Shown: in pieces, positions 40,144 through 47,835 of the stretch
Layout: each line of letters opens with the position of its first letter
Position numbering within the stretch: position 1 is the stretch's first letter
Assembly: GCA_017609175.1 (NCBI GenBank)
Contig: JAFCEJ010000003.1
Location: forward strand, 13,374 to 77,373
Source: Candidatus Pacearchaeota archaeon
GTDB taxonomy: Archaea; Nanobdellota; Nanobdellia; Pacearchaeales; GW2011-AR1
Direction of reading: 5' to 3'
Length of the DNA: 64,000 bases
Translations under genes and position numbers: made by a program
The notes under the pieces: model-generated
The model's input: only the letters and a program-made list of their open reading frames with translations
What the model was told of the DNA's origin: nothing
The model's database searches: none

Positions 40144-40754
40144 GGCCCCATTGGAACATAAATAAACTTTCCTAAAAGAGCGCTACTTATCCAAACTATA
40201 AGAAAAACTATCCAAACGATTCCTGAAATTTTTAACATTGTTTTTTCTTTTGTAAATAATCCAAGAATATGAGGAAAGACCATCCATATAAACCAAAAAC
40301 CCATATGAAAATACATCCACAAATTAAGCGGTTCCATGCCATGAGACCTAAATCCTTCTATGTCGTTTTGATATGCTACTGAAGAAGATGGAACAAATGC
40401 AGGAAAGATTATTGAAGGAATTATAAAAAAAAGCAAAACTACAATAAAGATTGTATATGAGATTATTTTGTTAAGTTTCCATTTTTTAAATAAAAAATAC
40501 CATAAATAAAAGAAAAGAGTAATAGGAATAAAATAAGCAAAAAAAGCAAGAAGATAACAATGTTGCCAGTTTTGTATAAGGGGGATAAACCAATGCCAAA
40601 AATTTCGTGTGAATAATTCGCCTGGGACAATTCTCCATCCAATAATAAGACTTTCTATAAAATCCCCAAGAGGATGCCAAGCAATATACATTAAAAAAGT
40701 TGCAAATGCTACAGGGTATAGTCTTTCTTTAGGAAATTTTAATTTTTCTAACAT
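40140..40754 (-). CDS. polytopic membrane protein, hypothetical
   Basis: ATG at 40754 (MLEKLKF...). Aromatic-rich TM helices. Confidence 0.45.
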   Translation of the reverse strand: MLEKLKFPKERLYPVAFATFLMYIAWHPLGDFIESLIIGWRIVPGELFTRNFWHWFIPLIQNWQHCYLLAFFAYFIPITLFFYLWYFLFKKWKLNKIISYTIFIVVLLFFIIPSIIFPAFVPSSSVAYQNDIEGFRSHGMEPLNLWMYFHMGFWFIWMVFPHILGLFTKEKTMLKISGIVWIVFLIVWISSALLGKFIYVPMGP

Positions 40755-40810
40755 AATACACCTTTTTATATAATAAAAGAATTTATAATATATAAAATTT
40801 ATCAAAGAGT

Positions 40811-41059
40811 ATGCCTGAAATACAAAGACAAATTCAATTAGGAAAACAAGGAATTACAGAGAATTTTATTTCTACTTTAAAGAACCATTTTAAAAAATGC
40901 AAAACAGTAAGAATTTCTGTTTTAAAAAGCGCTGGGCATGAGAAACAAAAAGTTAATGAATATTCTAAAAGAATTATAGAAGAATTAGGGAAAAATTATG
41001 TATCTCGGGTTATTGGTTTTACAATTGTAGTAAGGAAATTCCGGAAAGATGTTCGATAG
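40811..41059 (+). CDS. YhbY/CRS1 (CRM-domain) RNA-binding protein
   Basis: LGKQGITENFISTLKNHFKKCKTVRISVLKS. Confidence 0.7.
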   Translation: MPEIQRQIQLGKQGITENFISTLKNHFKKCKTVRISVLKSAGHEKQKVNEYSKRIIEELGKNYVSRVIGFTIVVRKFRKDVR

Positions 41060-41190
41060 TTTTATAAACTAATTTTTCACATTAATCTTAGACTAAACAG
41101 CTTATTGGCTGGTCTAATTCCGCAAGGAATGGTCAATTAGACAATTTAAGCATTCAAATCTTTTTGGTTGAATGTTAAACGAATTTGAAG

Positions 41191-41604
41191 ATGTCAGAAG
41201 TATTAAAAGCAAATGCACAAGAATATAATCTGAAATTAGCTGAAGCCTTAAAAAAGATTCCAGAATTTAAGGCTCCTGAATGGGTTGATTTTGTTAAATC
41301 AGGCCCTTCAAAAGAAAGGCCAATTAATGAGCCGGACTTTTGGTATAAAAGAGCTGCGAGCATTTTAAGACAAATTTATAAGAACAAAGTCGTAGGGGTG
41401 AATCGATTAAGAACAAAATATGGTAGTAGAAAAAATCGCGGAAGCAAACCAGAAAAATTTATGAAGGCGAGTGGAAAAATAATCCGGACAATATTACAAC
41501 AAGCAGATAAAGCTGGTTTTACAGAAATTGAAAAAGTAAAAGGAAAAAGAAGTGGGAGAAAACTCACTGAAAAAGGAATTAAATTCTTGGAGAGTATTAA
41601 ATAA
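41191..41604 (+). CDS. rps19e: ribosomal protein eS19
   Basis: PEWVDFVKSGPSKERPINEPDFWYKRAASILRQIY. Confidence 0.9.
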   Translation: MSEVLKANAQEYNLKLAEALKKIPEFKAPEWVDFVKSGPSKERPINEPDFWYKRAASILRQIYKNKVVGVNRLRTKYGSRKNRGSKPEKFMKASGKIIRTILQQADKAGFTEIEKVKGKRSGRKLTEKGIKFLESIK

Positions 41605-41807
41605 TGGGAATAAAGAATCCAGAAAAGAAGGCTAAACTTGCAAAATTAGGAAGAAGGACTAGATGGGCTCCTGTTTGGGTAGTTCTTAAAAAATTTGGGG
41701 TTGGAAAAAGAGTTCATCCTTCTGCAACAACAAAACAAAAACGTTCGTGGCGAAGAACTAAACTCCATATTAAACCGCGAAAAATAAGAAAATCGCATTT
41801 AGGATAA
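41604..41807 (+). CDS. rpl39e: ribosomal protein eL39
   Basis: Highly basic. RRTRWAPVWVVLKK. TAATG overlap with rps19e. Confidence 0.8.
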   Translation: MGIKNPEKKAKLAKLGRRTRWAPVWVVLKKFGVGKRVHPSATTKQKRSWRRTKLHIKPRKIRKSHLG

Positions 41808-41808
41808 A

Positions 41809-42378
41809 ATGGCTGATAAAAAAACTAAAACGACGGATAAACTTGAAAGGGAATATGTAATTCCTCTTAGAAGAGAGTGGAAAAAAGTCCCGCGATACCG
41901 AAGAGCTGAAAAAGCGATTAAAGCAATAAAAGAATTTTTGGTCAGGCATATGAAAGTTCGAGATAGAGATTTAAATAAAATCAAAATTGACAAATATTTG
42001 AATGAAGAAGTTTGGTTTAAAGGAATCAAAAAACCCCCAGCGAAGATTAAAATCAAAGCGATTAAAGAAAAAGATATTGTTAGAGCAGAGCTTGTGGATT
42101 ATCCTGAAAAAATTAAGTTTAAGAAATTAAGAGAAGAAAAGATTTTGAAAGAGGGAGAAGAAAAAGCAAAGAAAAAGAAACAAAAGGAATCTGTTGGAGA
42201 GAAGAAGGAAGAGACAACCGAAACAACTGAGAAAAAGAAAGAGGAAGAAGAGAAAAAAGCAGCTGTCATAGAAGCGGGCGAAGAAATTCAAAAACAAACT
42301 GCAAAAAAAGTCAAGCATGAAACAGGCGGAAAAACAAAACAGCCAAAACATCAAAAGAGGGTGGCCTTAGCAAAATAA
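41809..42378 (+). CDS. rpl31e: ribosomal protein eL31 with ~85-aa K/E-rich C-terminal extension
   Basis: EREYVIPLRREWKKVPRYRRAEKAIKAIKEFLVRHMK. Confidence 0.85.
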   Translation: MADKKTKTTDKLEREYVIPLRREWKKVPRYRRAEKAIKAIKEFLVRHMKVRDRDLNKIKIDKYLNEEVWFKGIKKPPAKIKIKAIKEKDIVRAELVDYPEKIKFKKLREEKILKEGEEKAKKKKQKESVGEKKEETTETTEKKKEEEEKKAAVIEAGEEIQKQTAKKVKHETGGKTKQPKHQKRVALAK

Positions 42379-42408
42379 ATTTTTATAGTCTAATTACAAT
42401 TTAGTTTG

Positions 42409-42945
42409 ATGGAGATTCGCAAATTAAAAAAAGAATTTTTTTCTAGAGATGCTGAAATTGTAGCGAGAGAATTATTAGGAAAGATTTTAGTTAGAAAAAC
42501 CAAGGACGGAGAAGAAAAAAATGCAAGAATCGTTGAAACTGAAGCATATTACGGACCAGAAGACCCTGCTTCCCGTGCTTGTAAAAATGGGGATTTAAAA
42601 AAGACTATGGAAAGTGAACCTGGAACAATCTTAGTCTATGGTGTTCATAATAATTGGTTAATAAATTTTGTAACAGGAAAAAAAGGAAAAGCAGAAGCTG
42701 TTTTATTAAGAGCATTAGAACCAATTAATTTTGAAGATAGGTGTTGTGGTCCGGGATTGCTAACTAAATCATTAAACATAGATAAAAAATTCCACAATAA
42801 AAATTTGTGGGAAAGTGAGTTATATATTTTAGATGATAAATTTATTGGAGAGGTAGTTGAAAGTTTTAGGATTGGCATAAAAAAAGATTTGCCAAAAAAA
42901 TTGAGATTTTATATCAAAGACAATAAGCATGTGAGCAGGAAATGA
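42409..42945 (+). CDS. DNA-3-methyladenine glycosylase (MPG/AAG family)
   Basis: FFSRDAEIVARELLGKILV...ARIVETEAYYGPEDPASRA. Confidence 0.8.
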   Translation: MEIRKLKKEFFSRDAEIVARELLGKILVRKTKDGEEKNARIVETEAYYGPEDPASRACKNGDLKKTMESEPGTILVYGVHNNWLINFVTGKKGKAEAVLLRALEPINFEDRCCGPGLLTKSLNIDKKFHNKNLWESELYILDDKFIGEVVESFRIGIKKDLPKKLRFYIKDNKHVSRK

Positions 42946-43024
42946 AGTAGAAAACTTTAGTGGTTCAAAATATTTGATAAAATAAGATAGAAATATTTAT
43001 AAAAGAGTAGGTTATACCAACCCT

Positions 43025-43243
43025 ATGGAAGGCGAATCAAGAAATGTTGATGAAATAATTGAAGCATTTCGAGAGTCTGACCCATTGGCTGGACTTTATT
43101 TTGTTCCAGATGAAGAGGGAAAAATGCATATTGATTATGTGTTAGAAGAAGAGAATAGGACAAGGGATGCTGATGGAGTGGTTAGAGCCATTCGAAAGTC
43201 TGACCCATTAGTGGGATTTTATCAACATTCTTCTGAATATTAG
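43025..43243 (+). CDS. small hypothetical protein with internal duplication
   Basis: VDEIIEAFRESDPLAGLYF and ADGVVRAIRKSDPLVGFYQ. Confidence 0.4.
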   Translation: MEGESRNVDEIIEAFRESDPLAGLYFVPDEEGKMHIDYVLEEENRTRDADGVVRAIRKSDPLVGFYQHSSEY

Positions 43244-43289
43244 ATAATACGATGTTGGTAGGGGTATTTTATATCAATCCAATAAATCG

Positions 43290-43694
43290 TTAAATACTTT
43301 TAATAGTGTCTGCATATTTAACCCACTTATCAAAAAGTGTCATCAGAATATAAAATTGTTTTGGGGTATCTATGTTATGTGAAGCATATTTGATTGTCTT
43401 TAAAGATTCTTTCTCACTAAGTAAATCCCCAATAGATTGGTCATCTATGGATAGCCAAACACCATTTTGACCAATATAAAATTGAGTTATAAAAAAAGAA
43501 TCTTTGTAAAAAGTATATGGGTTTAACCAATTAGTTTTCAATATTTTTAATTCCTCATTTGCTAATTCATTCATCCTTGTTTGTTTTTCGATTGGAATTC
43601 GAGATCGAATCATATCTCTTGCAAAACCCGTATCCAAATAAACTTCAAAATCATATCTCCCACACAAACAGGGAGTCCAAATTGTTTTTTCCAT
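43290..43694 (-). CDS. hypothetical protein
   Basis: ATG at 43694. The track start at 43721 is a TTG. Confidence 0.4.
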   Translation of the reverse strand: MEKTIWTPCLCGRYDFEVYLDTGFARDMIRSRIPIEKQTRMNELANEELKILKTNWLNPYTFYKDSFFITQFYIGQNGVWLSIDDQSIGDLLSEKESLKTIKYASHNIDTPKQFYILMTLFDKWVKYADTIKSI

Positions 43695-43717
43695 AATAAT
43701 AAATAAGTCACTTATTC

Positions 43718-44254
43718 TCAATTAGAATAATCTGTCTTGATTCCCAAATCTTTTTTTGCTCTTGCTAAATTAATCCCCATTTCTTTTTCTTGTGATTCTA
43801 AAATATTTTCAAGTAATCTCTCTCCAATATTTCTCGCATCCTTAATTAATTCTGAAGAAGCTTTTACTCTTTCACCAGAATGAAAGATCTCGATAGTATC
43901 TCCCAAAGGAAAGGAATTATAATCTATTTCAACTAATGTTTCTCCTGTCTGATATGAAAAGAAATCTCGTTTTAGGCAACCAGAAGGAAGAGGAGTTAAA
44001 GGAATTTTTACGAGATATTTTTTTCCATCAAGATTAACATTTCTTTTGAAAATCATTTCGGTATTTAAATCATCTTTAGAAGTAAAATATGCCTCCTGAT
44101 TAGAATATACCCTCTTAAACAAGGACAAATCATGATCTTTTTTATCTACATAATGAGAAATTATTCCTGTGGGAAGAATAAAAAATAGGAATGAAAACAG
44201 TAATGCATCTATAATGCCAACATCAGTCTGAGATGATTTTGTAGTTGAATTCAT
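43718..44254 (-). CDS. N-terminally anchored hypothetical protein
   Basis: TM IIDALLFSFLFFILPTGII followed by a soluble domain. Confidence 0.4.
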   Translation of the reverse strand: MNSTTKSSQTDVGIIDALLFSFLFFILPTGIISHYVDKKDHDLSLFKRVYSNQEAYFTSKDDLNTEMIFKRNVNLDGKKYLVKIPLTPLPSGCLKRDFFSYQTGETLVEIDYNSFPLGDTIEIFHSGERVKASSELIKDARNIGERLLENILESQEKEMGINLARAKKDLGIKTDYSN

Positions 44255-44331
44255 ACCTTCTTGCAGGCAAGTTAATTTAAAAATTTTTATATAGGCTAAA
44301 GAATATTATAAAAAATATTTGATACGAAAAA

Positions 44332-45177
44332 ATGAAAACAGAAAAACCAATCCAAGAACTTCTTGAATTCTCAATTCTAAATATTGACAAGCCTTCGGGC
44401 CCAACATCATTTAACATTTCTGATTTTATAAGGAAAACTCTCGGATTACGAAAGACGTCTCATTTTGGAACTCTTGACCCAAAAGTTACAGGAGTTTTGC
44501 CAATTGCCCTAAATCGTGCATGCAAACTGACAGGATTTTTTATTAAACATGATAAAGAATATGTTGGAATTATGAGACTCCATAAAGATGTTGAATTGTC
44601 AAAAATAAAGAAAATAATTAAAGAAAAATTTTTGGGAAAGATTAAACAGACTCCTCCAGTAAAATCAAGAGTGAAAAGAATAGAAAGGGAAAGGGAAATT
44701 AAGAAATTTGAATTACTTGAAAAAGATGGGAAAGATATTTTATTCCATGTGGAATGTGAGGGGGGGACTTACATCAGAAAGTTGATTGATGATTTAGGAA
44801 AGGAGCTTGGAAGTGGTGCGCATATGCTCGAATTGAGGAGAACTAGGGCAGGAATTTTTTCTGAAAATGATAAAGAATTTGTTAATCTTTATGAATTAGA
44901 AAAAAGTGTCGGAGATGAAGAAAAGTTGAGAAAAATCTTAATTCCTGCTGAAGAAGCCTTGAGAGAAATTTTTCCGGTTGTAGAGGTTAAAGAAAAATCT
45001 GTAAAAAAATTATTAACTGGCAAACCCCTTTTTGAGGACGATTTAATTAAAAAAGAAAAATTTGATAAAGAGGAATTTATTGTGTTTAGTAAAGAAAAGT
45101 TCATTGGAGTTTATAAAAAAACAAACAAAGGCAAGATTATCGGAAAGCCAGAATTTGTTTTGCAACCTGTAAAATGA
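44332..45177 (+). CDS. cbf5: pseudouridine synthase Cbf5/TruB (H/ACA RNP catalytic subunit)
   Basis: LNIDKPSGPTSF...HFGTLDPKVTGVLPI (catalytic Asp). C-terminal PUA-like region. Confidence 0.85.
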   Translation: MKTEKPIQELLEFSILNIDKPSGPTSFNISDFIRKTLGLRKTSHFGTLDPKVTGVLPIALNRACKLTGFFIKHDKEYVGIMRLHKDVELSKIKKIIKEKFLGKIKQTPPVKSRVKRIEREREIKKFELLEKDGKDILFHVECEGGTYIRKLIDDLGKELGSGAHMLELRRTRAGIFSENDKEFVNLYELEKSVGDEEKLRKILIPAEEALREIFPVVEVKEKSVKKLLTGKPLFEDDLIKKEKFDKEEFIVFSKEKFIGVYKKTNKGKIIGKPEFVLQPVK

Positions 45178-45761
45178 GACACTTTATTTATTTTTCAAGA
45201 CACGCGGCGACGTCTGGGAAAGCACTTTCAGGAGATTTGATGAAAGCTGGAAGAATGGATATTGCAATTCATGTTTTAATTGCAAGTTTCTTTTTGTCGT
45301 ATGATGTTCGGAAAGATGTTAAACTTCATTTAATTTTTTACGGAATGCCCGACCCACCAAAGCATATTGAGATTCAAGTTAAGCCTGAATTAGAAATAAG
45401 CAAGAAAGACGTTGCGGGGTTAATCAAAAAAATTCTGTATAAGTATAAAGATGGGGAGAAAAAAGAGGTTCTTCCAGGATGTTTTATTGAGAAAAAAAGT
45501 TTTTTGAAAGTGGTTGAAGAATTAGAAAATGAGGGAAAAAAAATTTTTATTTTGGATAAAAAAGGCGAGGATATTCGTAAAATTGAAACAAATGAGATGA
45601 AAAATGCTGTTTTTATCCTTGGGGACCATGACGGTTTGCCTCAAAAAGAGCTTAGAAGATTAAAGAAAACTGCAAAGCTTGTGAATATTGGACCTAAAAT
45701 ATATTTTGCTTCACAGGTTGTGGCTATTTTGAATAATGAGTTGGATAGGAGAGAAATTTGA
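45174..45761 (+). CDS. trmY: tRNA (pseudouridine54-N1)-methyltransferase TrmY (SPOUT)
   Basis: Collinear with remembered MJ1640-type sequences: GRMDIAIHVLIASFFLSYDVRKDV...FILGDHDG. ATGA overlap with cbf5. Confidence 0.75.
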   Translation: MRHFIYFSRHAATSGKALSGDLMKAGRMDIAIHVLIASFFLSYDVRKDVKLHLIFYGMPDPPKHIEIQVKPELEISKKDVAGLIKKILYKYKDGEKKEVLPGCFIEKKSFLKVVEELENEGKKIFILDKKGEDIRKIETNEMKNAVFILGDHDGLPQKELRRLKKTAKLVNIGPKIYFASQVVAILNNELDRREI

Positions 45762-45855
45762 TTTTTAGTGTGACGGTCGAACCACGAAATTTCTAAACCG
45801 AAGAGTTAAGAAATAAGTTATGATAAAATTTATAAAAAATAAACAATTTCTTAAA

Positions 45856-46148
45856 ATGAAGATGTTTAAAAAAGACTTAAACCGAAATATGGAGTAGGAG
45901 ATTTTGTTATTTATAATCCTACAAGAGAATTTGGTAATGAAGAAGATCGATTATTTCATATTCATTCTGTTAGATTTGGTACTTGTGGAGACTCATCTCA
46001 AAAACAATTTTGGTATGATGGTAATTCTTCTAAAATAAGAGAATATGATAGTAAAGGTATACCTTTTATTCCATCGTATCTTACTTCAACAATTAATGTT
46101 TCAGAAGATAAATTAAAAGGATTAAAACATTTAGTATTAAAAAAATAA
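45856..46148 (+). pseudogene. frame-disrupted ORF (ATG frame stops after 13 codons; a 97-codon protein-like frame with no in-frame start codon continues)
   Basis: MKMFKKDLNRNME* in frame A. Frame -1 reads ...LKRLKPKYGVGDFVIYNPTREFGNEEDRLFHIHSVRFGTCGDSSQKQFWYDG...LVLKK*. The shift point is plausibly the A6 run at 45868-45873. Confidence 0.4.
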
Positions 46149-46361
46149 GCCCCTTTCTCGATTGAAACCAACATCAAGCTTAAGAGAAGTTCCGAACGAA
46201 GTGAGGACGAGCTGAAACCTAAAGTTTCCTCGTGAGTTGAGATTTCGTTCTCGTCATTGTGAGTTGTGTAGTTTTTTATTTTCATTTTGTTATTTTGAAA
46301 AGAGCCGACAAGTTTTAATACTTGCCGACCCTCTTACCTTTACAATGGAGGTAAGTATGAA

Positions 46362-46547
46362 ATGAATAAACGAGCTCAATTTTCAAGCATTCGTTGGTCT
46401 GGAGGTTCTGTTTCTGGACTTGTTGTAATTGCTGGTTTAATAGTTTATTTTATCGGAGACAAAAGTTTAGGAACTATGTTAATGATTTTAGGGTTAGCTG
46501 CTGCTTTTTTCATGAGTCCTGTTGGAAGGTCTGTTCTTCGTGTATAG
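46362..46547 (+). CDS. small two-TM membrane protein (61 aa)
   Basis: ggaggt SD upstream. GLVVIAGLIVYFIG / LGTMLMILGLAAAFFM helices. Confidence 0.4.
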   Translation: MNKRAQFSSIRWSGGSVSGLVVIAGLIVYFIGDKSLGTMLMILGLAAAFFMSPVGRSVLRV

Positions 46548-46612
46548 AGGAAAAAAGCTTCCCCAAACATACCTAAAATCAAGCTGATTATAGCAATTAC
46601 AATTTCTTTCAT
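46445..46612 (-). CDS. small membrane ORF (55 aa), antisense to 46362..46547
   Basis: Hand translation: MKEIVIAIISLILGMFGEAFFLYTRRTDLPTGLMKKAAANPKIINIVPKLLSPIK. aaaggaggt lies 4 nt upstream of the ATG. Confidence 0.3.
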   Translation of the reverse strand: MKEIVIAIISLILGMFGEAFFLYTRRTDLPTGLMKKAAANPKIINIVPKLLSPIK

Positions 46613-46870
46613 CTGAACCTCCTTTCATTTAATTGTGAAAATAAAAAATTCAATTTAACTTTTGTTGAATTAAGCAACTCACGAGTAGGACGAGAATTGC
46701 TGAAAGCAACACGGGTGGGTTTTGTTTTATTTTTCATTTTTTGGGTGGGGGAGGAGGTGGTGCCGACGACCAATAAATAAGAGAGATTGCCCGCCCGCTT
46801 TTTTGCTTCTTTTTTGATAATATTCTTTAGAATAATAAAATTATTAAACAAGTAGTTTTTACTTAAAAAA

Positions 46871-47272
46871 ATGAGAAAATTTTATGTAGATATCCCTTAC
46901 TGTCCTTGTGGATGGGGAGCAGCGATGCATGCTCATGATGTAGTAGATGCAGAAAATGCTCTTGAAGCTGTTTTAAAAAGTCACTATGCAAGATTGGAAG
47001 AAGGTGCTCAAGCAGTTCCTGTGCCAGAAGAGATGCAAGAAAAAGATAAAGAAGATATTCTGAGATATTACAAAGAACTTCATGAAAAATATGGTGACCA
47101 AGAATTTTATAAAAAAGTTATGAGAGGTATGCTCCCTAGGGCAAAACAAGACGCTATTCCAGAATCTGAACGAATATTTAGAAAAAATAATGATACAAAG
47201 CCAGAATGGTATTTGGAAAAACAGAGAAGAGAATTTGAAAAAAATATAGAGCGAATGAGAAGATTAAGATAG
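46871..47272 (+). CDS. hypothetical protein
   Basis: ORF with noticeably higher GC than its neighbours. No recognised motif. Confidence 0.45.
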   Translation: MRKFYVDIPYCPCGWGAAMHAHDVVDAENALEAVLKSHYARLEEGAQAVPVPEEMQEKDKEDILRYYKELHEKYGDQEFYKKVMRGMLPRAKQDAIPESERIFRKNNDTKPEWYLEKQRREFEKNIERMRRLR

Positions 47273-47551
47273 ATTTCAAAATCTTTGATTTTTGACTATC
47301 TGTCCTGTAAGGATGGCGCGCGTTTCTCCTATTGGTCGGGAGAAAAAATATTATTTCCTATTTTTACTCTAACTTTTAAGGCGTCTCGAATTACAGATAA
47401 CATATGCGATTAAGAGAAGTTCGCTGTAGGTGAATTTGTGCAGAGCAACCTGCAAGACGTCACTAAGAGCATATAAGTAAGCGTCTATTTTAAGTCTTAA
47501 ATCTTGCAAGCATCAATAAAAATATAAAAAGCCCTCTGAATTATATTTAAT

Positions 47552-47827
47552 ATGAAAAAATCAGTCCGTCTTTATATCACAGGCACAGTGCAAGGAATTT
47601 TTTTTAGAGCATTCATAAAAGAAAATGCTGAAAGATATAATGTTAAAGGTTTTGTGAGAAATTTGGAGGATGGACGGGTTGAAGTTTTTCTTGAGGGGGA
47701 TGCTGATGCTGTGAATAAAATGATTGAACTTTGCAAAAAAGGTCCAAAACATTCGCAAATTAAAAAGGTTGAGATAAAGGATGAAAGATTTCAGGATTTC
47801 AAAACGTTTAAAATATTGCATATCTAA
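47552..47827 (+). CDS. acyP: acylphosphatase
   Basis: VRLYITGTVQGIFFRAF...KGFVRNLEDGRVEV. Confidence 0.9.
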   Translation: MKKSVRLYITGTVQGIFFRAFIKENAERYNVKGFVRNLEDGRVEVFLEGDADAVNKMIELCKKGPKHSQIKKVEIKDERFQDFKTFKILHI

Positions 47828-47835
47828 TAGAAAGT

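Noticed and set aside
41090-41150. Inverted repeat gtctaatt...aattagac with inner attcc-gcaa-ggaat hairpin, upstream of rps19e
   Set aside because: It is a short structure in an intergenic spacer. No C/D or H/ACA boxes or known motif were found. It could be a terminator or leader hairpin, and the evidence is too weak for a feature call.
45771-45790. gtgacggtcgaaccacg looked like a tRNA T-arm fragment (GGTTCGA on the minus strand) that might mark an integration site after trmY
   Set aside because: I could not fold a 5-bp T stem or an acceptor stem around it, so it is not supportable as a tRNA remnant or att site from sequence alone.
45998-46285. 95-aa minus-strand ORF
   Set aside because: The sequence is low-quality. 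It overlaps a more protein-like + strand frame (45858-46148) and the degenerate repeat. Not called as a gene.
46394-46576. Alternative + frame ORF (60 aa) overlapping 46362..46547
   Set aside because: It has no SD, and its Cys/Trp/Phe-rich product is implausible. The overlapping frame with an SD and clean TM helices is preferred.
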